Shown one piece after another: positions 8,057 to 16,760 of a DNA stretch of 38,172 nucleotides (positions are counted from its first letter, which is position 1; the number at the start of each line of letters is the position of its first letter). A program made the translations under genes and the position numbers. The notes beneath the pieces were generated by a model. The model did no database searches, was not told where the DNA came from, and saw only the letters and a list, made by a program, of their open reading frames with translations. Source of the stretch: an uncultured Bifidobacteriaceae bacterium (GTDB taxonomy: Bacteria > Acidobacteriota > Vicinamibacteria > Vicinamibacterales > CAVVIG01); the NCBI GenBank assembly GCA_964497175.1, contig CAZCEL010000001.1, positions 1 through 38,172 of the forward strand. Reading direction: 5' to 3'.

Positions 8057-8062
8057 ATTATA
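8057..8062 (-). promoter_or_regulatory. Candidate -10 box TATAAT for the erpA/fur-rubrerythrin operon
   Basis: Minus-strand TATAAT lies 27 nt upstream of the erpA ATG, with GGAG in the short leader. It is embedded in the GCCA-N9-TGGC dyad at 8054-8070. Confidence 0.4.
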
Positions 8063-8075
8063 CCATTGGCCCGCC

Positions 8076-9011
8076 ATGCCTTACGTCGCGCTGGCCGACG
8101 CGACTGCCGACGCGCGCCTCTCCTGGGCCGCTGCCCGCTGGGACGAGGTTCTCCGGACCGCGCCACACCTTGCACCGGCCGTCGCGCTCCAGCGGGAGTT
8201 GATTGCGCTCGTCGTGCGGCTCACCGAGCGAATCGAGCAGGGTCCGCTGCCCCGCTTGTCTCTGCCGCCGGGCTACCTGGCAGCGAAGCTCACCAAAGGA
8301 ATCCCGGTGCTGGCGGCCGAGCCCATTCCCCTCCCTGTGTCTGCATTGAAGCCAACCCTCCTGGATCTCTGCGACGGCCTGGCGCGTGGCGGCGCGGGCG
8401 AGGCCGCGTCCAACGTTCGAACGGCTCTTTACGAGGAACGGCTGGATGCCGGCGCGCTCCTGACCTCGTCGGTCAGACGCGATCAGGCGGCCATTCGCAC
8501 CCTCGCCGTTCATCGCGGATTGGCCCCGGATCTGGCGTGGCTCGTTGCCGAACTCGCGGCCAGCCCATTTGTCTACGCCCTCCAGCGTCGCCTGCTCGCA
8601 TCGGCCGACGCTCGAATCGCGGCGGCACTCGACGCGTGGAGTCACGGCTATTGCCCCGCGTGCGGCTCGTGGCCGGCGCTGGCCGAGATGGTGATGGGCC
8701 GCCGCCTCCTGCGCTGTTCGTTCTGCGCGCTGGCGTGGGGACTGCCCTCCTGCGCGTGCATCCACTGCGGCGAGGCTGGCGAGCCATTCGTCACCGAGGC
8801 GCCCGACCAACGGCGCCAGGACCGCCGCCTCGAGCTCTGCAGCCGTTGCCGTGCCTACCTCAAGGCAGTCGGCGTACCCGACCTCTCGCCGTTTCCGCTG
8901 CTCGCCATTACCGATCTCGAGACGATGGATCTCGACGTGGCGGCGATGGAGCGTGGATACCACCGGCCCGCGCTTCGAGACTTCTCGGGTGGACGCTCAC
9001 ACCACGAGTGA
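8076..9011 (+). CDS. FdhE-like protein (formate dehydrogenase accessory protein family)
   Basis: Four CxxC motifs in FdhE spacing (CPACGSWP, CSFCALAW, CIHCGE, CSRCRAYLK), followed by DLETMDLD. Confidence 0.85.
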   Translation: MPYVALADATADARLSWAAARWDEVLRTAPHLAPAVALQRELIALVVRLTERIEQGPLPRLSLPPGYLAAKLTKGIPVLAAEPIPLPVSALKPTLLDLCDGLARGGAGEAASNVRTALYEERLDAGALLTSSVRRDQAAIRTLAVHRGLAPDLAWLVAELAASPFVYALQRRLLASADARIAAALDAWSHGYCPACGSWPALAEMVMGRRLLRCSFCALAWGLPSCACIHCGEAGEPFVTEAPDQRRQDRRLELCSRCRAYLKAVGVPDLSPFPLLAITDLETMDLDVAAMERGYHRPALRDFSGGRSHHE

Positions 9012-10520
9012 TTCCAGGTGCTGCCCGGATTCCTGTTCGATGTCCTTGTGCAGGCTGTTGCCGTGCGCATCCATCGTCACGATGGCGGGGAAATCCTGCA
9101 CGGAGAGATGCCACATGGCCTCCGGGGTCCCGAACTCCAGCAGTGACACGCCGTCCACGCCCGTGATCGACCGCGCGTAGAACTGTGCGGCGCCCCCGAT
9201 GGCGTTGAGGTAGACGGCTCCGTGTTCCTTGAGGGCGGCCAGCGTGCGAGCGCCCATTCCGCCCTTGCCGACGACCGCCCGGATGCCGCAGCGCCTGATA
9301 ATCTCGGCCTGATACGGCTCTTCCCGGATGCTGGTGGTGGGACCGGCGGCGGTCACACGCCACTTGTCGCCCTCTTTCACGACGACCGGCCCGCAGTGGT
9401 ACAGCACAGACCCATGCAGATCGACCGGGGGATCGTGTTTCATCAGATGCGCATGCACGGCGTCGCGGCCCGTGAACATCCGGCCCGAGACCATCACGAC
9501 GTCGCCGACCTTCAGCGCGCGGACGGCCGCCTCGCTCACGGGTGTCGTGACCGTAGTCTCACGGCCCGTTCGCGTGAATCCGGCCTGGTCGAGCATGGGG
9601 ATGATCGGATGGGACGGGTCGCGGTACAGCCAACCGGCGATCGCACCGCTCGCGGCGTCCAGGATCACGCCGAGCCGCCTGAAAGCCCAGCAGTCGTACG
9701 CCACCGAGACGAAGAAGCTCGCCGGCAGTCGATTGAGTGCCCCGACCTTGCATCCGATGAGTGTCACCTTGCCGCCGAAGCCCATCGGACCGATCTCGAG
9801 ATCGTTGACTCTGGCCATCACCGAGGCCTCGAGCTCGGCAAGTCTACTGTCGGGGTTCACGTCGTCGAGCGTGCGAAAGAGCTGTTCCTTCGCGTGGGAA
9901 TACCCCGAGGTTCGATCGCCGCCGATGCAGACGCCCACCGCGCCCGGACTGCAGCCCTTCCCCTGCGCGTGCCACACGGCATGGAGGATGCACTTTCTGG
10001 CCCCATCGAGGTTGCGATCCGCGCGGCCCAGGTGCGGCAGCTCGACTGGCAGCGCGTACTGGGCATTGGTATTCTCACAGCCGCCGCCCTTGAGGATCAG
10101 CTTGATCTCGATCGCGTCGCGCTCCCACTGATCGAAGTGGATGATCGGAGTGCCGGGACCCAGGTTGTCCCCGGAATTGGCGCCGGTGATCGAGTCCACT
10201 GAATTGGGCCGCAGCTTGCCGTGCCTGGTGGCCTCGGCCACCGCCTGCCGAATCGTCTCGCGCATCCAGATCTGATCGGCCCCCCGCGGCACACGAACCT
10301 CGAAGGTCGGCATGCCGGTATCCTGGCAAATAGCGCCTTCGTTCTGTGCGGCAAGGTCGATGTTGTCCGCGATGATGGTGAGTGCCTGCGAGGCGCGCGT
10401 GCCGGCGCGCTCGGCGCCCACGGCTGACTTCATCGCGGCGCGGACGTCCGGCGGCAGATCGGAGGAGGTGCGGACGATGAGCTGGAGCACGCTGTCGAAG
10501 AACGAGGGCAGGGCGGTCAT
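8997..10520 (-). CDS. Class I (Fe-S dependent) fumarate hydratase, fused alpha/beta type
   Basis: 507 aa. The ICQDTGMPTF motif lies in the N-terminal domain and a beta-domain-like C-terminal half follows. GGAAGGA lies upstream of the ATG. Confidence 0.92.
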   Translation of the reverse strand: MTALPSFFDSVLQLIVRTSSDLPPDVRAAMKSAVGAERAGTRASQALTIIADNIDLAAQNEGAICQDTGMPTFEVRVPRGADQIWMRETIRQAVAEATRHGKLRPNSVDSITGANSGDNLGPGTPIIHFDQWERDAIEIKLILKGGGCENTNAQYALPVELPHLGRADRNLDGARKCILHAVWHAQGKGCSPGAVGVCIGGDRTSGYSHAKEQLFRTLDDVNPDSRLAELEASVMARVNDLEIGPMGFGGKVTLIGCKVGALNRLPASFFVSVAYDCWAFRRLGVILDAASGAIAGWLYRDPSHPIIPMLDQAGFTRTGRETTVTTPVSEAAVRALKVGDVVMVSGRMFTGRDAVHAHLMKHDPPVDLHGSVLYHCGPVVVKEGDKWRVTAAGPTTSIREEPYQAEIIRRCGIRAVVGKGGMGARTLAALKEHGAVYLNAIGGAAQFYARSITGVDGVSLLEFGTPEAMWHLSVQDFPAIVTMDAHGNSLHKDIEQESGQHLESLVV

Positions 10521-10627
10521 GGACGTTCCTTCCGGTGACCCATGATCACATCACAACTCGTGCAGACACTCCAGCGGGGCGGACCCGGGCCGCTTCACCG
10601 ATGGCCGGATCGGCGGGACGCGGCCGG

Positions 10628-10633
10628 TATAAT
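10628..10633 (+). promoter_or_regulatory. Candidate -10 box TATAAT, 6 nt upstream of the aspA ATG (leaderless)
   Basis: TATAAT at 10628-10633 and ATG at 10640, with no SD. Confidence 0.4.
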
Positions 10634-10639
10634 CGCGGC

Positions 10640-12058
10640 ATGAGCTTTCGCACCGAGCGGGATCCGCTGGGCGAGATTGCCGTGCCGGAGAACGCCTACT
10701 ACGGCGCGCAGACCGCGCGCGCGGTCGTCAACTTTCCCATCAGCGGCCTCCGAGCTCCGGCCGATCTGGTCACTGCCACCGCGCTCGTCAAGAAGGCCGC
10801 GGCGGAGGCCAACTCGTCGCTCCGGCGCCTGGACCCGGACGTCGCCCGGGCCATCACGGCGGCGGCCGACGACATCATCGCCGGCCGTCTCGCAGACCAG
10901 TTCGTCGTCGATGTGTATCAGGCGGGCGCCGGGACCTCGCACAACATGAACGTGAACGAGGTCATTGCGAATCGCGCCGCCGAGATCCTGGGAGAGCCCC
11001 GCGGGTCGTACGCGCGCGTCCATCCGAACGACCACGTGAACATGGGACAGTCGACCAACGACGTCTTTCCCACGGCCACGCGTCTGGCGCTGCTGATGGG
11101 TCGCGGCCCACTGCTTGACGCAGCCCGCGCGCTGGCAGACAGCCTCGATCGCAAGGCCCTGGAATTCAACCACGTGCTGAAGACGGGCCGGACGCACCTT
11201 CAGGACGCTGTGCCGATTACGCTTGGGCAGGAGTTCTCCGGGTATGCGGCGTGCGTTCGTACAAGTGCCGAAGATGTCGCTCGAGCCGCGGACCTGCTGA
11301 CAGAGTTGAACCTGGGCGCAACGGCCGTTGGAACGGGCCTTAACGCCGGCGAGGACTACCGCGTTCGCGCGATCGGTAACCTGGAGCAGTACACCGGTCT
11401 TGCTCTGAGGCCCGCTGCCAGTCTCTTTCGGGTTACGCAGAGCATGGGCGATCTGCTCGCCTACTCGGGCGCCATGCGGCGGCTGGCGGTCGAGGCCGGC
11501 AAGATTGCCAGCGATCTCCGTCTGCTCGGCATGGGACCAGGTGCGGGGATCGCCGAGATCGCGCTGCCGGCCGTGCAGCCGGGCTCCTCCATCATGCCCG
11601 GCAAGGTCAATCCCTCGATTCCCGAGATGGTCAATCAGGTCTGCTTTCAGGTGATGGGATGCGACCTGACAGTGGCGCTCGCGTGCGAGGCCGGCCAGCT
11701 CGAGCTGAACGTGATGATGCCGGTGATCGCGTGGAACGCTCTCCACTCCTCGACGATTCTCCGGCGCGCCCTCGAGGTCTTTCGCACCCGCTGCGTGGAC
11801 GGCATCGTCGCCGACGAGGCGCGGGCGCGCGAGCTGCTCGATCGGAGCACGGCTGCCGCCACGGCGCTCGCACCTTACATTGGATACGCAGCCGTCGCCG
11901 AGATTGCGAAGGAAAGCGTGCGGTCCCGGCGGCCGATCCGCGATCTGGTTATCGAGCGCGGCCTGCTCGACGCGGAGCGGGTGGATGCGATCCTCTCGGT
12001 AGAGGCCATGACACGCGGCGGCGTCGTTGGCGCCCAGCGGGACCGGGGGGCGACGTGA
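10640..12058 (+). CDS. aspA: Aspartate ammonia-lyase (class II fumarase/aspartase family)
   Basis: N-terminus MSFRTERDPLGEIAVPENAYYGAQTARAVVNFPISG. The signature is GSSIMPGKVNPSIPE, and NFPISG and VNPxIPE favour aspartase over FumC. The internal ATG sits 6 nt after TATAAT. Confidence 0.87.
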   Translation: MSFRTERDPLGEIAVPENAYYGAQTARAVVNFPISGLRAPADLVTATALVKKAAAEANSSLRRLDPDVARAITAAADDIIAGRLADQFVVDVYQAGAGTSHNMNVNEVIANRAAEILGEPRGSYARVHPNDHVNMGQSTNDVFPTATRLALLMGRGPLLDAARALADSLDRKALEFNHVLKTGRTHLQDAVPITLGQEFSGYAACVRTSAEDVARAADLLTELNLGATAVGTGLNAGEDYRVRAIGNLEQYTGLALRPAASLFRVTQSMGDLLAYSGAMRRLAVEAGKIASDLRLLGMGPGAGIAEIALPAVQPGSSIMPGKVNPSIPEMVNQVCFQVMGCDLTVALACEAGQLELNVMMPVIAWNALHSSTILRRALEVFRTRCVDGIVADEARARELLDRSTAAATALAPYIGYAAVAEIAKESVRSRRPIRDLVIERGLLDAERVDAILSVEAMTRGGVVGAQRDRGAT

Positions 12059-12807
12059 CAGTGAAAAACGTCAGGCCATCGCACCGGCGCCGCACGCTCG
12101 TAAGACACGTACTCTGTGGTGCGGCCGCCGCTGTTGTCTGCCTGGGGACGGCCATTCCGGCCGCAGGCCAGGCGCCCCCCGCGCGCGCGCCGGCGCCGCC
12201 GCCGCAGAAAGGCCGGCTGTTTCCACCGCAGGATCTCGGTCTCATCGAGGCTCCGGATCGGGCCGACTGGCAGCATCCCGATCAGATCATGGACGCCCTG
12301 CAGATTGCCGACGGCGCCGTGGTGGCCGACGTCGGCGCCGCGGGCGGGTGGTTCACGATCCAGCTGGCCCGCCGCGTCGGACCGAACGGCCTTGTCTACG
12401 CCGAGGACATCCAGCCGGTAATGATCGAGGCGGTGACGCGCCGGATGCAGCAGGAACGCCTGTCCAACGTGCGACCCGTGCTGGGCACGGTCAACGACCC
12501 GCGCCTGCCGGCTCCCGTCGATGCCGCCCTGATCGTGGACGCCTATCGGGAAATGGAAGATCCCGTGGGGCTGCTTCGAAACCTGGCGCGCTCGCTCAAG
12601 CCTCAGGGACGCCTGGGGGTCGTCGACTTCAACCCTGGCGGCGGCGGACCTGGACCCGACCCCTCCGGACGGGTCGATCCGGAGGAGGTCGTCAGGGCCG
12701 CTCAAGCAGCGGGCTTCAGGCTGAAATCGCGAGAGGCTGTCCCGCCGTTTCAGTTCCTGCTCGTCTTCGAAAAGGCCCCGGGTCTCCCTGTGCCACGCCG
12801 GCCGTAG
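12055..12807 (+). CDS. Class I SAM-dependent methyltransferase with N-terminal signal/anchor segment
   Basis: The GTG start overlaps the aspA stop (GTGA). A basic N-terminus is followed by the hydrophobic VLCGAAAAVVCLGTAIPAAG, then a Pro-rich linker, then VADVGAAGGWFT (motif I). The start could instead be the GTG at 12061. Confidence 0.8.
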   Translation: MTVKNVRPSHRRRTLVRHVLCGAAAAVVCLGTAIPAAGQAPPARAPAPPPQKGRLFPPQDLGLIEAPDRADWQHPDQIMDALQIADGAVVADVGAAGGWFTIQLARRVGPNGLVYAEDIQPVMIEAVTRRMQQERLSNVRPVLGTVNDPRLPAPVDAALIVDAYREMEDPVGLLRNLARSLKPQGRLGVVDFNPGGGGPGPDPSGRVDPEEVVRAAQAAGFRLKSREAVPPFQFLLVFEKAPGLPVPRRP

Positions 12808-12816
12808 CACCTCGCC

Positions 12817-13638
12817 ATGACCACGCCCGTCCGAGTGGCGCTGACGATCGCAGGCAGCGATTCAGGGGCGGGAGCCGGCGTGCAGGCCGATCTGAAGACC
12901 TTTGCGGCGCTCGGCGTGTACGGCACGAGCGCCATCACCGCCATCACGGCGCAGAATACCGCCGGCATCGATGTCGTGTCCGAGCTGGCGGCCGACCTGG
13001 TCGCCGCGCAGATCGAGGCGGTTGTCGCAGACATGACGGTGCACGCGACAAAGACGGGCATGCTCGTGAACGCGGCGCTGGTCGACGCGGTGGCCGCCGC
13101 CATCGCCGGGCTGGACCTGCCCAACCTCGTTGTCGATCCGGTCATGACCGCCAAGAGCGGCGTCCGCCTCCTGGACGAAGACGGCCTGCGGGCGATGAAA
13201 TCCGAGCTCCTGCCGCGCGCACGGATCGTGACACCGAACATCCCGGAAGCAGCGGTTCTGGCCGGCATGTCGATCGCGTCGCGTGACGACCTCCGAGAGG
13301 CTGCGCGTCGCGTGCGGCGCCTCGGTCCGTCTGCCGTCGTCGTCACGGGGGGCCACGCCACGGGCGACACCATCGTCGACCTGCTGTTCGACGGCGAGCG
13401 TTTCGTGGAACTGCCGACGCCGCGGATTCAAACGCGCAATACCCATGGCACGGGGTGCACGTTTGCGTCGGCGATTGCAGCGTACCTGGCGCTCGACCAC
13501 TCACTCGAAGACGCCGTCAGGCAGGCACAGGCCTACGTCGGGGGCGCGATCAGACACGCGCTGGCGCTCGGCCGCGGACAAGGTCCGATCGATCACCTCT
13601 GGCAGTTGCGAGGTCACTCAGGGCCCGTCCGGGAATAG
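12817..13638 (+). CDS. thiD: Hydroxymethylpyrimidine/phosphomethylpyrimidine kinase
   Basis: ALTIAGSDSGAGAGVQADLKTFAALGVYGTSAITAITAQNT and GTGCTFASAIAAYLA. Confidence 0.93.
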   Translation: MTTPVRVALTIAGSDSGAGAGVQADLKTFAALGVYGTSAITAITAQNTAGIDVVSELAADLVAAQIEAVVADMTVHATKTGMLVNAALVDAVAAAIAGLDLPNLVVDPVMTAKSGVRLLDEDGLRAMKSELLPRARIVTPNIPEAAVLAGMSIASRDDLREAARRVRRLGPSAVVVTGGHATGDTIVDLLFDGERFVELPTPRIQTRNTHGTGCTFASAIAAYLALDHSLEDAVRQAQAYVGGAIRHALALGRGQGPIDHLWQLRGHSGPVRE

Positions 13639-14768
13639 TGGTGTGCAGTTGCGACATGCGACTGGCTCGCGAGGGCGCGCACCCACAAGGCAAGCAAGGC
13701 CCACGTGTACCGGTTCGTCCAGATCAGCAGCCACCATCTCCCGGCCGGTGACGGCACGTCGGAACCCACAGGGATGCACCAGGCAATCAGCAGGAGGCTG
13801 TCCACGAGAGTGCGCGGTTGACGGACGTGGAGCGCCCACAGGGGCCCGAGCGCGAGTGGCACGTAGTAGACCCAGCCCAGTGGGGAAACGAGCAGCGCCG
13901 TGAGAATCAGAACGGCCCACCTGGTGTCGGCGTCACGCCGGCGCCAGACGACGCCGACTCCCCCGGCCGCGACAAAGGCCGCGCTGGCCGCCCACACTGG
14001 AAACACCTGCGCCGGGGGGAGCACGCGTGTCCACAGCCCAAGCAGAGAGGCGTTGATTTCTTTGTCGGTCCACGCGATACGGCCAAGTGCGTCCAACCAG
14101 CTGGCATAACCCGCCATCCCGTGGACGAGAAGCCCCAGCAAAAATGCGATCGACGCGACGGCGATTGCAGTCGTCAAGAGTCTGCCTGCGCGACGCAGCG
14201 CAAGGTCCACGAACCAGAGTCCGAAGAACAGCTTGATCGCGACCATCGCGCCAATGACAACACCGGTGGTTCGGGCGGCCTGCTGCCGGTCGGCCACCCA
14301 TCCGAGCGTCACCAGCAGCATCAGCGGCCACGTCAGCTGACCGGAGGCAGTCGCCGTCGTGCCGCCGACGGTCACCAGGGCAACGGCCATGATCGTCAGC
14401 CACGAAGAAGAGTGGCACGCCTTGGCGATGAACGACGCGGCGGCTCCGACACACACCCACCCCAGGAGCGTCCACACCGCGAACGCGGTGGGCGATGCAA
14501 GCCAACCGAGCGGCGTCAGCAGCAGGATGACGAACGGAGGATTCAGATCTGCGCCGGCGACGGCGCCGGCGTAGGGGTCGGCGCCCGTCCACCACTGATG
14601 CGCGGACGTCCACAGCATCTGAAAATCGCTCCGACGCGTGTTCCAGCCGGTCCATGCCGCCAGCGTCGTGGCGATGCCCGCCAGAACCCAGAGCGTGACG
14701 ACGGCCCCATCAGTTCTCGATTTCACGTGCTGCTCCCAACGCTTGGAGCCGTTTGGCCTGGGCTGCAT
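13614..14768 (-). CDS. Polytopic membrane protein, possibly GT-C type glycosyltransferase (DUF2029/GT87-like)
   Basis: 384 aa with ten or more hydrophobic segments. The functional family is assigned only by general resemblance. Its 3' end overlaps the thiD 3' end by 25 nt. Confidence 0.65.
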   Translation of the reverse strand: MQPRPNGSKRWEQHVKSRTDGAVVTLWVLAGIATTLAAWTGWNTRRSDFQMLWTSAHQWWTGADPYAGAVAGADLNPPFVILLLTPLGWLASPTAFAVWTLLGWVCVGAAASFIAKACHSSSWLTIMAVALVTVGGTTATASGQLTWPLMLLVTLGWVADRQQAARTTGVVIGAMVAIKLFFGLWFVDLALRRAGRLLTTAIAVASIAFLLGLLVHGMAGYASWLDALGRIAWTDKEINASLLGLWTRVLPPAQVFPVWAASAAFVAAGGVGVVWRRRDADTRWAVLILTALLVSPLGWVYYVPLALGPLWALHVRQPRTLVDSLLLIAWCIPVGSDVPSPAGRWWLLIWTNRYTWALLALWVRALASQSHVATAHHYSRTGPE

Positions 14769-14847
14769 GCGATCGACGGAGACATTATGCCGATAGCGGG
14801 TGCGGCGAACGCATCGGGCCTCCGTGCAGGACGGTCTCCCCGTCTCG

Positions 14848-14853
14848 TATACT
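14848..14853 (+). promoter_or_regulatory. Candidate -10 box TATACT, 6 nt upstream of the moaE GTG (leaderless)
   Basis: TATACT at 14848-14853 and GTG at 14860, with no SD. Confidence 0.35.
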
Positions 14854-14859
14854 TGATCA

Positions 14860-15351
14860 GTGGGAACGCCGCTTCTCGCAATCGGTCCGGATCCCCTCGT
14901 GCTCGACGGCCTAATTCAGGCCGTCACCTCGCGCGGCGACCTGTCGGGATCCGATGGGGCCGTCGCGGCATTTCTCGGCGTGGTCAGGAACCACAACGCC
15001 GGCCGGATCGTGCAGTGTCTCGAGTACGAGGCCTACGAGCCGCTCGCGCTCCATGTCTTCGAACGCATCGCCAGAGAGGTCGAAGCACGCTGGCCGGGCA
15101 CGCGCCTGGGGCTTCATCACCGGACCGGGCGGATCGAGATCGGGGGCGCGAGCGTGGCGATTGCCGCGGCGTCGGCGCATCGGGGCCACGCCTTTTCGGC
15201 CTGCCGCTACACGATCGAGCGCGTGAAGCAGATCGCGCCGATCTGGAAGCGGGAGTTTTTCGACGGCGGCGACGTGTGGATCGAGGGCGCGCAGGCCGAT
15301 CCCGATGACGAGCGTGCGCGGCAGGCGGCGGAGCGCGTGGCATGCGTGTAA
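14860..15351 (+). CDS. moaE: Molybdopterin synthase catalytic subunit
   Basis: DGAVAAFLGVVRNHN, SAHRGHAF and APIWKRE are collinear with E. coli MoaE from its first residues. The start is GTG. Confidence 0.92.
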   Translation: MGTPLLAIGPDPLVLDGLIQAVTSRGDLSGSDGAVAAFLGVVRNHNAGRIVQCLEYEAYEPLALHVFERIAREVEARWPGTRLGLHHRTGRIEIGGASVAIAAASAHRGHAFSACRYTIERVKQIAPIWKREFFDGGDVWIEGAQADPDDERARQAAERVACV

Positions 15352-15587
15352 CGGTCAGGCTGTTCGCGCGGCTGAAGGACATCGCCGGGGCCGCTGAGCT
15401 CGGACGGGAGGTCGCGCCCGGCGCCACCATCGGCACGGTCTGGCGCCAGCTGGTGACCGACTTCCCGGCCCTCGCGGAGTACGAACGCTCGATCTCGAGC
15501 GCCGTCAACACGGATTACGCCCGGATGGACCGCGAGGTGCGCGACGGCGACGAGGTTGCGTTCCTGCCCCCGGTCTCCGGCGGCTGA
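15342..15587 (+). CDS. moaD: Molybdopterin synthase sulfur-carrier subunit
   Basis: 81 aa with a ubiquitin-like pattern, ending in ...FLPPVSGG (C-terminal GG). It overlaps the moaE stop. Confidence 0.9.
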   Translation: MRVTVRLFARLKDIAGAAELGREVAPGATIGTVWRQLVTDFPALAEYERSISSAVNTDYARMDREVRDGDEVAFLPPVSGG

Positions 15588-15603
15588 CGAGACGGTGGAA
15601 TCC

Positions 15604-16677
15604 ATGTTCGACAAGCTGACTGCAACCGAGCGTCAATACGAGGAGCTGCTCGAGCGGCTGGGCTCGGCCGAGATCCAGAACGATCACGCCGAGTACCGCC
15701 GGAGCGCGAAGACGCTGTCCGACGTCGAGCCCCTCGTCGAGCGCTTTCGCGAATACAAGAACGTCGAGCGCGACATTCTCCACGCCGAGGAGATCGCGGC
15801 ATCGAGCGATCCCGACATGCGCGAGCTCGCTCACGAAGAGATCAAGACGCTCGTAGCACGCAAGGACGCGCTCGTCGCGGAGCTGAAGGTCCTGCTGGTG
15901 CCGAAGGACCCCAACGACGAGAAGAACGTCGTCCTCGAGATTCGGGCCGGAACTGGCGGCGACGAGGCCGCCCTGTTCGCCGCGGAGCTCTTCCGCATGT
16001 ACAACAAGTTCTCAGAGCGACAGGGATGGCGGCTCGAAGTGATGTCCACGAGCGACACCGGCGTCGGTGGCCTCAAGGAAGTGATCGCCACGATCGAGGG
16101 ACGCGGCGTCTACAGCCGGCTCAAGTACGAGAGCGGCGTGCACCGAGTGCAGCGCGTGCCCGCGACCGAGGCCAGCGGGCGCATCCACACCTCCACGGCG
16201 ACCGTTGCCGTGCTGCCGGAAGCCGAAGAGGTCGACGTTCAGATCAACGAGAAGGACCTGCGGATCGACACGTTCTGCTCGAGTGGTCCCGGGGGTCAAA
16301 GCGTCAACACCACCTATTCGGCCGTGCGGATCACGCACATTCCCACCGGGCTGGTCGTGTCGCAGCAGGACGAGAAGTCGCAGATCAAGAATCGCGCGAA
16401 GGCCATGAAGGTGCTGCGGTCACGGCTCTACGAGATGGAGCTGCGCAAGCAGCAGGAGGCCATTGCCAAGGATCGGCGCAGCCAGGTCGGCACCGGTGAG
16501 CGGTCCGAGAAGATCCGCACCTACAACTTTCCGCAGAACCGCATCACTGACCACCGCGTCAACTTCACAACGCATCGGCTGACGGAGGTGCTCAACGGCG
16601 ATCTCGGTGAACTGCTCGACAACGTCATCACGCACTTCCAGTCGGAGAAGCTGAAGGACGCGACGGCGGTTCCCTGA
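15604..16677 (+). CDS. prfA: Peptide chain release factor 1
   Basis: GGQSVNTT (GGQ motif). The RVPATE tripeptide region (PAT) is typical of RF1. The internal ATG follows GGTGGAA. Confidence 0.96.
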   Translation: MFDKLTATERQYEELLERLGSAEIQNDHAEYRRSAKTLSDVEPLVERFREYKNVERDILHAEEIAASSDPDMRELAHEEIKTLVARKDALVAELKVLLVPKDPNDEKNVVLEIRAGTGGDEAALFAAELFRMYNKFSERQGWRLEVMSTSDTGVGGLKEVIATIEGRGVYSRLKYESGVHRVQRVPATEASGRIHTSTATVAVLPEAEEVDVQINEKDLRIDTFCSSGPGGQSVNTTYSAVRITHIPTGLVVSQQDEKSQIKNRAKAMKVLRSRLYEMELRKQQEAIAKDRRSQVGTGERSEKIRTYNFPQNRITDHRVNFTTHRLTEVLNGDLGELLDNVITHFQSEKLKDATAVP

Positions 16678-16760
16678 CGCCTTTTCCGAGGACCGTGACG
16701 CACCCCAGGAGACAGCCGTTCAGGCGCGGGGGCGACGCGGACGAGGCCGCAGGGCCGCGC

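Noticed and set aside
6827-9166. 779-aa plus-strand ORF spanning the fur::rbr, erpA and fdhE-like region
   Set aside because: It lies antisense to, or out of frame with, three recognisable genes. Its sequence is low-complexity and Arg/Pro/Gly-rich, which makes it a high-GC artefact.
10543-10556. TGATCACATCACAA upstream of the class I fumarase as an FNR/CRP-type site
   Set aside because: Only one half-site approximates TTGAT or TGTGA, and the dyad symmetry is poor. The match is too weak to call.
14769-14859. Possible Moco riboswitch upstream of moaE (GGGCCTCCGTGC vaguely recalls the conserved core)
   Set aside because: The gap is only 91 nt, shorter than the known motif. A -10-like TATACT sits 6 nt before the start codon, which would leave no leader. 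I cannot align it to the covariance model by eye, so an Rfam scan would settle it.
10595-15308. Long alternative-frame ORFs: 10595..11746(-), 11875..12810(-), 12027..13286(+), 12750..13373(-) and 13818..15308(+)
   Set aside because: All overlap recognisable genes (aspA, methyltransferase, thiD, membrane protein, moaE). They have Arg/Gly/Pro-dominated low-complexity translations typical of off-frame GC-rich DNA.
15604-16677. Checked the release-factor gene for the programmed +1 frameshift known from prfB
   Set aside because: The gene is RF1 (PAT motif) with a single uninterrupted frame. The frameshift site is a feature of RF2 only.
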